A stretch of DNA of 64,000 nt from an uncultured Dehalococcoidales bacterium. Lineage in GTDB: Bacteria; Chloroflexota; Dehalococcoidia; Dehalococcoidales; CAZFRL01. The stretch covers positions 6,373 through 70,372 of the forward strand of contig CAZFRL010000003.1 of assembly GCA_964521325.1 (NCBI GenBank), in the 5' to 3' direction. The position numbers were made by a program, and so were the translations under genes. Under the pieces are notes generated by a model, which made no database searches, was not told where the DNA came from, and saw only the letters and a list, made by a program, of their open reading frames with translations. Positions 8,388-16,353 of the stretch are shown piece by piece (position 1 is the first letter of the stretch; each line of letters opens with the position of its first letter).

Positions 8388-9652
8388 AATATAGTCTGGA
8401 GAGGGCAGTAGTATGTATCGTTGGTCTTGGCTATGTTGGCCTGCCTTTAGCCGAAGCCTTTTCTAAAAGCTTCAAGGTTATTGGCTTTGACACCGATGTT
8501 GACAAGATAAAGAAGCTTAGCCAGAGCAGCCATAATCAAAACCTTCTGCTTACCAATAATCACAATGAGATAAGCAAAGCCAGCTTTATTATTATCTGTG
8601 TCCCAACACCGTTGACCAAATCAAAGGAGCCTGACCTATTCCATGTCATAAGCGCCGCCGAGAACGTGGGGCGTAATATGAAGCAGGGAGCTGTGGTAAT
8701 CCTTGAGTCTACCGTCTACCCCAGCGTAACTGAGGAGATAGTAAAACCCATCCTGGAGAGGGAATCAGGCTTAAGATGTGGTAAGGGCTTTAAGATTGCT
8801 TACTCCCCGGAGAGGATAAACCCGGGAGACCTTGAACACGCCATAGACAAAATGACCAAAGTCATCGCTGGAATGGATGAGGAGACCACAGAGCTTGTCG
8901 CCCAGCTTTACCGCAAGGTCACTCCCCACATCTTTAGAGCCAAGGACATAAGGACGGCTGAAGCAGCTAAGGTTATCGAAAACATTCAGCGTGACCTCAA
9001 CATCGCGCTGGTGAACGAACTAGCTACAATATTTGAGAGGATGGGACTGAGCACACAGGATGTCCTCAATACAGCGGCAACCAAATGGAACTTTCACCGC
9101 TATTCCCCGGGACTTGTCGGCGGACATTGCATCCCTGTTGACCCCTACTACCTTGTCTACAAAGCAAAGGAGTTGGGCTATCACCCCCAGGTGATTTTGG
9201 CTGGTAGAGCCATAAATGATTACATGCCCAAACGTGTTGCCCAAATGACGATAAAAGCTCTGAACGAAGTAGGTAAGGTCATCAAAGGCTCCCGAGTACT
9301 GATAATGGGTCTTACCTACAAAGAGAATGTAGCTGACACCAGGCAGACACCAGTGAAAGGGATAATAAAAGAACTTAGCGAATTCGGAGTTGATATTAGA
9401 GGCTTTGACCCTCTATTAAGCAGCCAAGATTTTGAAGGCGAACTTGGATTAAAGCTGGTGAAAGAACTTGAAGAAGCAAAAGATATAAAGTCGGATTGCA
9501 TTATCCTTGCTGTAGCCCACTCTTCCTTCTACAAACTTAGCTTGAGTGACCTCAAGGAGATGCAGAACAATACTCCCATCCTGATAGACGTTCGCGGTCT
9601 TTTCAATCCCGAAGAAGCCAAAAAAGCAGGATTTTACTATAAAGCTTTGTAG
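8384..9652 (+). CDS. UDP-N-acetyl-hexosamine (nucleotide-sugar) 6-dehydrogenase (WbpO/TviB/WbpA family)
   Basis: 422 aa. N-terminal VGLGYVGLPLA Rossmann motif, GGHCIPVDP catalytic-Cys motif and a C-terminal UDP-binding domain. Paired with the upstream epimerase as in WbpO/WbpP and TviB/TviC. Confidence 0.85.
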   Translation: MKYSLERAVVCIVGLGYVGLPLAEAFSKSFKVIGFDTDVDKIKKLSQSSHNQNLLLTNNHNEISKASFIIICVPTPLTKSKEPDLFHVISAAENVGRNMKQGAVVILESTVYPSVTEEIVKPILERESGLRCGKGFKIAYSPERINPGDLEHAIDKMTKVIAGMDEETTELVAQLYRKVTPHIFRAKDIRTAEAAKVIENIQRDLNIALVNELATIFERMGLSTQDVLNTAATKWNFHRYSPGLVGGHCIPVDPYYLVYKAKELGYHPQVILAGRAINDYMPKRVAQMTIKALNEVGKVIKGSRVLIMGLTYKENVADTRQTPVKGIIKELSEFGVDIRGFDPLLSSQDFEGELGLKLVKELEEAKDIKSDCIILAVAHSSFYKLSLSDLKEMQNNTPILIDVRGLFNPEEAKKAGFYYKAL

Positions 9653-9773
9653 ACGAGGCTGAGCTTCGCCTGAAGTTGTTCCTGATACCTTGCTTACTCA
9701 GCCACTTAGGTTGCAATAATTGCCGAGTTAATGAAGGTACCCGTGGCACAGTTTTCGAGGAGAGAAGTAAAGC

Positions 9774-10394
9774 ATGATACTTGGTATCACCCCAGCTAGG
9801 GGCGGAAGCAAGGGAATTCCAAAGAAAAATATACGGATGATATGCGGGAAGCCCCTGATTGCCTGGACTATTGAAGCTGCCAGACAATCAAGATTACTGG
9901 ATAGGTATATTGTTTCTACAGAGGACGCGGAGATTGCAGAAGTATCAAGAAAATATGGGGCTGAGGTTGTTGAGCGTCCACCGGAGCTTGCCACTGACCA
10001 AGCATCGACCTTATCTGTGCTTCAAGATGTTCTAAAGCGGATTGATGCTGGCACAGTTGTTGTATTGCAGGCAACATCACCAATCCGTAATCCCGATTTA
10101 ATCGACTGCTGCGTTAAGCAGTTCTTGGATAAAGATGCCGATTCACTGGCAACCGGGTTTATCTGCAAATATCAAGAGTATGGCACCTCAATGCTACGCA
10201 GGCAGGACATCGACGGGTTTTTTTATGATGATGGCAATATATATGTGATAAAGGCAGACCTGATAAGGAAAGGGGATAGATACGGTAAGAAAATTGAACG
10301 GGTTATTACTGATGGGGAACAGAATATAGATATAGATGACGAGTTTGATTTCTGGATTGCAGAGCAAGTATTAAAAAAGAGGGGGTTCAAGTAA
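9774..10394 (+). CDS. acylneuraminate (nonulosonic acid) cytidylyltransferase family protein (NeuA/LegF/PseF-like)
   Basis: 206 aa. The N-terminal signature PARGGSKGIPKKN is typical of CMP-NulO synthetases. Confidence 0.85.
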   Translation: MILGITPARGGSKGIPKKNIRMICGKPLIAWTIEAARQSRLLDRYIVSTEDAEIAEVSRKYGAEVVERPPELATDQASTLSVLQDVLKRIDAGTVVVLQATSPIRNPDLIDCCVKQFLDKDADSLATGFICKYQEYGTSMLRRQDIDGFFYDDGNIYVIKADLIRKGDRYGKKIERVITDGEQNIDIDDEFDFWIAEQVLKKRGFK

Positions 10395-10413
10395 TACGCC
10401 TATAGTGAGATTA

Positions 10414-10425
10414 TGCCAGTTGACA
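10414..10425. promoter_or_regulatory. operator candidate TGCCAgtTGaCA (site B, one mismatch)
   Basis: One mismatch to TGCCA-N2-TGGCA. It ends exactly 6 nt upstream of TTGACA at 10432-10437, the same spacing as site A. Confidence 0.5.
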
Positions 10426-10431
10426 GGACAC

Positions 10432-10464
10432 TTGACAGCTGGCAATTAATGTTGCAAAATATGG
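10432..10464 (+). promoter_or_regulatory. promoter candidate of the 10525 operon (paralogous to the 7325 promoter)
   Basis: TTGACA at 10432-10437. The -10 is ambiguous: TGcAAAATA at +18 or TATGGT at +22. ~76% identity to the 7305-7358 block by hand alignment. Confidence 0.5.
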
Positions 10465-10524
10465 TGAACCATTTGGGCAAAGGTTTAGCTAAAGTAGAAC
10501 ATACTGTAAGCAGAAAGGGGCTAA

Positions 10525-11643
10525 ATGAATATACCACCAGTGAAGATATATTTCCCCGAGGCGGATAGGAAAGAGATACTCAATCAAATCAATGAAATAC
10601 TTGACAGCGGGCAGTTGACCCTGGGGAAACATGGTAAAGAGTTTGAGCAAAGATTCGCTGAATATGTAGGCACAAAATATGCCGTGGCGGTAAATAGCGG
10701 CACCAGTGCCTTGGAGATAATTCTCAGGGCGTTAGATATCAAGGGTTCCTCAGTAATAGTTCCTACCAATACCTTTTTTGCCACTCCGGCTTCAGTAATC
10801 CATGCCGGGGGCAAAGTGATATTTGCTGATATAACCGATAATCTTTGCCTTGCCCCTGAAAGTCTAAGGCAGAATATCCAAAAAGATACCAAAGCTGTAT
10901 TCGTAGTCCACATTGGAGGAATTATTCCCCCACAGATAGGTGAGATTCAGCAAATCTGTAAACAGCATAACCTCTCCCTGATTGAAGATGCTGCTCATGC
11001 TCAGGGAAGCACTCTGGATGGTAAAAAGGCAGGAAGCTTCGGTATTGCCGCTGCCTTCTCTTTTTATCCCACCAAGGTGATGACCTCCGGTGAGGGTGGA
11101 ATGATTACCACCAACGATGACAATATCTACAAACGGGCACTTGTCTTCAGAGACCAAGGGAAAGCCGGTTTCTTGGGCAATGTCCATACTGAGATGGGCT
11201 ACAACTGGAGAATGAGCGAAATACATGCTGCTATAGGCTTATCCCAGTTTGCCCGGCTGGAGGAATTTATTACCGTTAGAAGAAGGGTCGCCCGGTTCTA
11301 TGATACGGACCTGGAACAAATTAATGGATTAACTCGTCTCAAGATTCCATCAGAGGTAAAGTCAAATTACTACAAGTATGTAGTAATGCTAAACGACGGC
11401 ATCGATAGGGTTGCCCTTAAAAAGGAATTAAAAGAGAAATTTAGTGTAAGCCTGAGCGGCGAGGTCTATGAGCTTCCCTGCCACCTACAGCCAATACTTA
11501 AAGCTCTATATGGATTTAACGGTGGTGAATTCCCGGTAGCCGAAGACCTTTGTCAAAGGCAGATATGCCTGCCCGTATTTGCTGGCATGACCGAAGAGCA
11601 GGCAAGATATGTGGTTCAGTCACTAAAGGGGGTTTTGGCATGA
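10525..11643 (+). CDS. DegT/DnrJ/EryC1/StrS-family PLP-dependent sugar aminotransferase
   Basis: 372 aa. AVNSGTSALE, IEDAAHA and SFYPTKVMTSGEGG (Schiff-base Lys context) are classic for the family. Confidence 0.9.
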   Translation: MNIPPVKIYFPEADRKEILNQINEILDSGQLTLGKHGKEFEQRFAEYVGTKYAVAVNSGTSALEIILRALDIKGSSVIVPTNTFFATPASVIHAGGKVIFADITDNLCLAPESLRQNIQKDTKAVFVVHIGGIIPPQIGEIQQICKQHNLSLIEDAAHAQGSTLDGKKAGSFGIAAAFSFYPTKVMTSGEGGMITTNDDNIYKRALVFRDQGKAGFLGNVHTEMGYNWRMSEIHAAIGLSQFARLEEFITVRRRVARFYDTDLEQINGLTRLKIPSEVKSNYYKYVVMLNDGIDRVALKKELKEKFSVSLSGEVYELPCHLQPILKALYGFNGGEFPVAEDLCQRQICLPVFAGMTEEQARYVVQSLKGVLA

Positions 11644-12593
11644 AAGCACTGGTAACTGGTGGCGCTGGCTTTATCGGCTCACATGTAGTCGATAAATTGA
11701 GAGACAAAGGAATTGAGGTGAGGGTCTTTGACATGGTCATGCCAACTTTTAGGAAGGACATTGAGTATTATCACGGGAGCATACTGGACCTTGAGGCGCT
11801 AAGAATGGCGGCAAGTGAAATAGATGTCATCTTCAATCTTTGTGCTGTTGCCGATGTCAAGAATGTTTACCAGGAGCCACACTATTCCGAGTCTATCAAT
11901 GTAAGGGGTACGATTAATGTTCTAGAGGCAGCTCGCCGCTCTGGATGCATAAAGAGGCTAATCTATGCCAGCACCGTATGGGTCTACGGCGACTGTATCG
12001 ATGATTTTGTGAACGAAAGTACTCCCCTATCCCCACCCTCCCACTTGTACACGGCAACCAAACTCGCTGGGGAATACTATTGTCTTGCCTACTCCAAATT
12101 ATATGACCTTGATGCAACCATCCTCCGCTATGGTATCCCCTACGGTCCAAGAGCTCGGTCAGGTGCAGTCATTCCCATATTTGTGGCTAAAGCACTAAGG
12201 GGTGAGTCCCTAACCATAGCTGGAGACGGCTCACAATTCAGAAAATTTATCTATGTTGAAGATTTAGCTGAAGGCAATGTCCTGGCACTAAAGTCCGTCG
12301 CTAAAAACAAAATATATAATCTCGTTGGTACAGAGAAAGTGACCATAAAACAGATTGCCGAGACCGTTCAGAAACTCCTTGGCGATGTAAAGATAGAGAG
12401 TATTCCTGCCCGTCCCGGAGACTTCTCTGGCAAAGAAGTCTCAAGCGAGCTGGCAGAGAAAGAGCTGGGCTGGGAGCCAAAGGTAAGCTTTGAAGATGGG
12501 CTAAACAGGTATATTGAATGGTATAAAAAAGAAGAGGAGAGGCGGGACTCAAAGTGGGCCCAGCTTGACCAGATTTTAAGGTCACAGATGTGA
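11640..12593 (+). CDS. NAD-dependent epimerase/dehydratase (extended SDR)
   Basis: The start is moved from the track's 11550 to the ATG at 11640, giving an ATGA overlap with the aminotransferase stop. The N-terminus becomes MKALVTGGAGFIGSH. YTATK (YxxxK) is present. Confidence 0.85.
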   Translation: MKALVTGGAGFIGSHVVDKLRDKGIEVRVFDMVMPTFRKDIEYYHGSILDLEALRMAASEIDVIFNLCAVADVKNVYQEPHYSESINVRGTINVLEAARRSGCIKRLIYASTVWVYGDCIDDFVNESTPLSPPSHLYTATKLAGEYYCLAYSKLYDLDATILRYGIPYGPRARSGAVIPIFVAKALRGESLTIAGDGSQFRKFIYVEDLAEGNVLALKSVAKNKIYNLVGTEKVTIKQIAETVQKLLGDVKIESIPARPGDFSGKEVSSELAEKELGWEPKVSFEDGLNRYIEWYKKEEERRDSKWAQLDQILRSQM

Positions 12594-12684
12594 TACTGGG
12601 CATAATAAAATTAATTGGAGGTAAAGGCAAATACGCATACTGTATATTGGTGCTGAGCGAGTAGGTCTAGTCTGTTTAAGAAAA

Positions 12685-13413
12685 TTGTTAGACCTAAAGA
12701 AAAATATCGTCGTTATCATTACCTATACTGATGATTTAAAACCTGAGATAGCTGATTTTGTTCCTTTTGACGACGTGGTTAAACAAACTTCGATTCCATT
12801 AATTAAAATTAAACGCTCAAGAGACCCCGCAACAATCCGGCTAATAAAAAGTTATAAACCTGATCTGATACTTATTGTTAGTTGGTCACAAATTATCCCT
12901 AAACAGGTTATAGATTTAGCTCACAAGGGATGTTTGGGAATCCACTTCTCTCTGCTACCAGAGAGAAGAGGGGGGGCACCTTTAAACTGGGCAATTATTG
13001 ATGGTCTGAGAAAAAGTGGTATCACCCTATTCTTCCTCGATAAAGGTGTTGATTCTGGGGATATAGTAGCTCAGAAGGAGTTCGAAATTACTGAAACAGA
13101 CACCCCGAGGGAACTTCTTGACAAGATATGCGTTCTTGCCCCTCAAATCATTGAAGAGAATATTGAAGCGATAGAGAGGGGGACTGTTAAACGGATAAAA
13201 CAGGACGATTCACAAGCAACCTATACTCCCCGTCGAAAACCTGAGGATGGGTTAATAGACTGGAACAAACCGGTGAAAGAAGTTTATAACTTTATCCGAG
13301 CGCTAGCTCCGCCTTACCCCTGCGCCTTCACCTATCTTGGTGGCAAAAAATTAATTGTACCTAAAGCAACGCTTAAGGGAAATTATTTACACATTGAGGG
13401 GTATATTGAATGA
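12685..13413 (+). CDS. formyltransferase-family protein (Fmt/ArnA-N-like sugar N-formyltransferase); true start probably upstream (~12631)
   Basis: 242 aa. SWSQIIP, HFSLLPERRGGAPLNWAIIDG (the HxSLLPxxRG formyltransferase motif) and a C-terminal Fmt-like domain. The in-frame upstream sequence RQIRILYIGAERVGLVCLRKL looks like the missing N-terminal Rossmann strand, but it contains no ATG/GTG/TTG. Confidence 0.8.
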   Translation: MLDLKKNIVVIITYTDDLKPEIADFVPFDDVVKQTSIPLIKIKRSRDPATIRLIKSYKPDLILIVSWSQIIPKQVIDLAHKGCLGIHFSLLPERRGGAPLNWAIIDGLRKSGITLFFLDKGVDSGDIVAQKEFEITETDTPRELLDKICVLAPQIIEENIEAIERGTVKRIKQDDSQATYTPRRKPEDGLIDWNKPVKEVYNFIRALAPPYPCAFTYLGGKKLIVPKATLKGNYLHIEGYIE

Positions 13414-14075
13414 AAGTTCTGGTCATTGCTCCACATATGGATGATGAAGTTCTGGGCATGGGTGGCACCATTGCCAGGCATGGCTTCGAGGGCGACGAGG
13501 TATATGTTTGTTTCGTGGCTCACCGTATCTACGGGCATAAGTATGATGAAGAGAAGAATAGACTTGAAATCCAGTGTGCTTTAAGAGCTAAAGAGGTATT
13601 AGGATATAAGGCAGCGGAATTTCTAAATCTAAATGATGAAAGGTTAGATGCATGCATCCAAGATATAGTAATCCCGCTGGAAGCGTATGTAAGTAAAATT
13701 AAACCTGAGACTATTTATGTATGTCACCGAGGTGATATACACCAGGACCATAAGGCTGTATTTCAAGCGGCAATGGTTGTTTTAAGACCACTGGCCAACG
13801 CGAATATCAAAAGAATATTGTCCTATGAAGTTCCGTCATCAACAGAGCAATCACCGCCGTTTACTGACCATGCCTTCCTGCCCAACTACTATGTAAATAT
13901 AGAACAATACCTAAAAACTAAAATAGATGCCTTCAGCTGCTATCAGACGGAAAAAAAGGAATTTCCTAACCCTCGTTCCCTCGAGGGGATTAGAATATAC
14001 GCTAAGAAACGTGGAACAGAGGTAGGATTCAGTGCAGCTGAAGCCTTTGTGCTCATACGGGAGCTTCGGTTATGA
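13410..14075 (+). CDS. PIG-L/LmbE-family N-deacetylase
   Basis: 221 aa. APHMDDEVLGMGG and HQDH motifs. ATGA overlap with the upstream gene. Confidence 0.85.
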   Translation: MKVLVIAPHMDDEVLGMGGTIARHGFEGDEVYVCFVAHRIYGHKYDEEKNRLEIQCALRAKEVLGYKAAEFLNLNDERLDACIQDIVIPLEAYVSKIKPETIYVCHRGDIHQDHKAVFQAAMVVLRPLANANIKRILSYEVPSSTEQSPPFTDHAFLPNYYVNIEQYLKTKIDAFSCYQTEKKEFPNPRSLEGIRIYAKKRGTEVGFSAAEAFVLIRELRL

Positions 14076-14776
14076 GTGAAGAAATTACAATCTTAATCTG
14101 CTGTTACAATGGAGAAAGGTTTCTGAGAAGAGCCCTAGATAGTGCTTTCAATCAAACTCTAAACTCTGATAAATTTGAAATCATTTTTGTTGATGATGGC
14201 TCTAACGATTTAACCCCTGAGATTGCCAGAGAGTATATAAACAGGCCTAACTTTAAATACTATAGCCATGAACAAAACTTAGGACTTGTAGCAAGCTGCA
14301 ATAGAGGCTTAGATTTAGCCAAAGGCACATGGGTGATAAGGTTAGACGCAGATGACGCTTTCTCGCTAGATATATTGAGATACACTTACAAATATGTTGA
14401 GGATAAGGAATGTAATTTTATTTATACTGACCGTAAGGACATCTATTGGGATAAAGGAGAGGAACGCTATGTTGACCTAAGTGAGTTTAACCTCTTTGAA
14501 TTGATTGCCACCGGTATCATGATGCGCAAGCAAATTCTTCTTCAAATCGGTGGTTACCGTAACCTATTTTGGGAAGAATATGACCTATATATACGCTATC
14601 TTCAATGTAGCAATGGGAAAATCATCCACATACCACAACCTCTTTACCACTACTCAGTATACCAGGGAAGCATGACTTCACACTCACAGAAGGTAACTGA
14701 AGGTTGGAACGAATTAATAAAAGAATGGGGAACTGATACTCTAAAACAATATGGCACCCATCCTAGACTATTGTAA
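14072..14776 (+). CDS. glycosyltransferase family 2
   Basis: 234 aa. N-terminal ILICCYNGERFL...FNQT...IIFVDDGSND and a DADD (DxD) motif. Confidence 0.85.
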   Translation: MSEEITILICCYNGERFLRRALDSAFNQTLNSDKFEIIFVDDGSNDLTPEIAREYINRPNFKYYSHEQNLGLVASCNRGLDLAKGTWVIRLDADDAFSLDILRYTYKYVEDKECNFIYTDRKDIYWDKGEERYVDLSEFNLFELIATGIMMRKQILLQIGGYRNLFWEEYDLYIRYLQCSNGKIIHIPQPLYHYSVYQGSMTSHSQKVTEGWNELIKEWGTDTLKQYGTHPRLL

Positions 14777-15591
14777 TGAAAAAAGAAGGTTATGTAATCA
14801 TCATCGCTGAAATCGGTGAAAATCACGTCGGTGATATGGAGCTGGCAAAGAAGATGATTGTCCAGGCGGCTAAAGCTGGAGCGGATATGGTGAAGTTCCA
14901 GTCCTATTTAACCTCTGAGGTAAGGGATGATGACCCGGAAAAGGAATGGTTTGCCAGGGTCCAGCTATCAGATAAAGCCCATCATGAGCTTAAAGAGTAT
15001 GCCGAGCGGCACGGAGTTGAATTCTTAAGCTCGCCCTTCTCCCTTAATCGGGCAAAACTCCTCTGTGAAAGGCTGGGATTAAAAAAGATAAAGATTGCCT
15101 CTTCGGAAATGCTTAACTTTTCTCTTCTAGATTATGTTAACCAGTATGCAGAAGTCGTCTTCCTCTCTACAGGAATGGCAACCATAGACGAAATCAAACT
15201 GTCTTTAAGCCACTTGAGCAAAGTGAAAACCTGCTACATCATGCACTGCGTGACCCAATATCCCGCCAAATTTGAAGATATTAATTTAAGCGTTCTAACC
15301 ACCCTTAAAGCTGCTTTTCCTGATTACCCCATCGGTTATTCCGACCACACTGTGAGTATCTTGGCGCCTATTATTGCGGCAGCTTTAGGCGCTGAGGCAA
15401 TAGAGAAGCACTTTACCCTGGACAAAACGCTTCCGGGAACAGACCATGTTCTGGCGGCTACCCCCAAAGAGCTGAAAGAGATGATTAAAAGGGTTAGAGA
15501 AACTGAAAAGATTTTAGGTAAACCAATTAAACACCCTACCTTGGAGGAAGTAGAAATCAGAGACTTTGTTAGAGGCAGGTTTCCCAAATAG
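14776..15591 (+). CDS. NeuB-family nonulosonic/sialic-acid synthase, TIM-barrel domain only (no SAF domain)
   Basis: 271 aa. IIAEIGENHVGDMELAKKMI..AAKAGADMVKFQSY, SSPFS, IKIASSEM, GYSDHT and EKHFTLD match the NeuB/PseI/LegI core. The ORF ends ~70 aa short of typical NeuB proteins, so the C-terminal SAF/antifreeze-like domain is absent. Confidence 0.8.
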   Translation: MKKEGYVIIIAEIGENHVGDMELAKKMIVQAAKAGADMVKFQSYLTSEVRDDDPEKEWFARVQLSDKAHHELKEYAERHGVEFLSSPFSLNRAKLLCERLGLKKIKIASSEMLNFSLLDYVNQYAEVVFLSTGMATIDEIKLSLSHLSKVKTCYIMHCVTQYPAKFEDINLSVLTTLKAAFPDYPIGYSDHTVSILAPIIAAALGAEAIEKHFTLDKTLPGTDHVLAATPKELKEMIKRVRETEKILGKPIKHPTLEEVEIRDFVRGRFPK

Positions 15592-15692
15592 TTTACCTGC
15601 TAAATTATCCAACTCGACAAGAGCAGGAGGACGGGGTGGAGAGAATAGAGCAAAGTGGGCTCAGTTTGAGAAGATCCTGAGGTAATAAGGAT

Positions 15693-16352
15693 GTGAAAGA
15701 CGGCATATCTAAAGATTATCACGATTATGTCTTTAAGGATGGTGAATTTATAGGTGCCTTTGAGGAAATGTACCGGGACGTTGATGACCCTTGGCACCAC
15801 GGGGATGCTACCGCCATCCATTATGATTTAGCTTTATTTCTCTTGAAAAGACATGTAAGTCTACATGGAGGTAGAGCGTTAGATTTGGGGTGTGGCAAGG
15901 GTGCCTTTACCGTTCGGCTAAAGGAAATCTTTCCCAACGCATGTATACTTGGGGTTGACATTGCTCCAACGGCAATAAAGAAGGCTAGCGAGAAATACAA
16001 TCATTTGGGAATCGAGTTTAAAGTCTTTGACGCCGGTAAATACTGGGATATGGCTGATAAGGTAGGGAAGGACTTCCAGCTTGTAGTTATGTCTGACATT
16101 ATGTGGTATATACTCTCCGAATTTGAGAGCGTCGTAAAATACCTTGACAGGATAGTATCTGTGGGGGGATATCTCCTAATTAATCAGACCTTTTATCCGC
16201 TAGACGAACAAAAGTATGGTCGTGAGACTGCTTCATCTGTAGAAGATATGCTGAAGCTAATACCCTATGAGCTGGTGGAAACAATTGAGGTAAAAAGGTC
16301 TGATAGTCAACACGCGATAATGCTATTTCAAGTAGAAACACAAGAGATGTGA
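15693..16352 (+). CDS. class I SAM-dependent methyltransferase
   Basis: 219 aa. GTG start with GAGGT SD. Motif I ALDLGCGKGAF. Confidence 0.8.
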   Translation: MKDGISKDYHDYVFKDGEFIGAFEEMYRDVDDPWHHGDATAIHYDLALFLLKRHVSLHGGRALDLGCGKGAFTVRLKEIFPNACILGVDIAPTAIKKASEKYNHLGIEFKVFDAGKYWDMADKVGKDFQLVVMSDIMWYILSEFESVVKYLDRIVSVGGYLLINQTFYPLDEQKYGRETASSVEDMLKLIPYELVETIEVKRSDSQHAIMLFQVETQEM

Positions 16353-16353
16353 A

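Noticed and set aside
10441-10457. Sigma54-like TGGCA-N7-TTGCA (ctGGcaattaatgttGCa) upstream of the aminotransferase operon; also TGGCAAGTTACTTGAC at 7314-7329
   Set aside because: The GG-to-GC spacing is one nt longer than the -24/-12 consensus in the first case. The GC is missing in the second. The elements are not conserved between the two paralogous promoter copies, and no EBP-type activator is present in the window.
11550-11639. Long N-terminal extensions proposed by the track (11550 start; likewise 30449, 29445, 33972, 21730, 49277, 63428)
   Set aside because: In each case an internal ATG/GTG with a good SD or an ATGA stop-start overlap yields the canonical family N-terminus (for example MKALVTGGAGFIGSH, VIKAVIFDVDG). 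The extension overlaps the upstream gene or a promoter.
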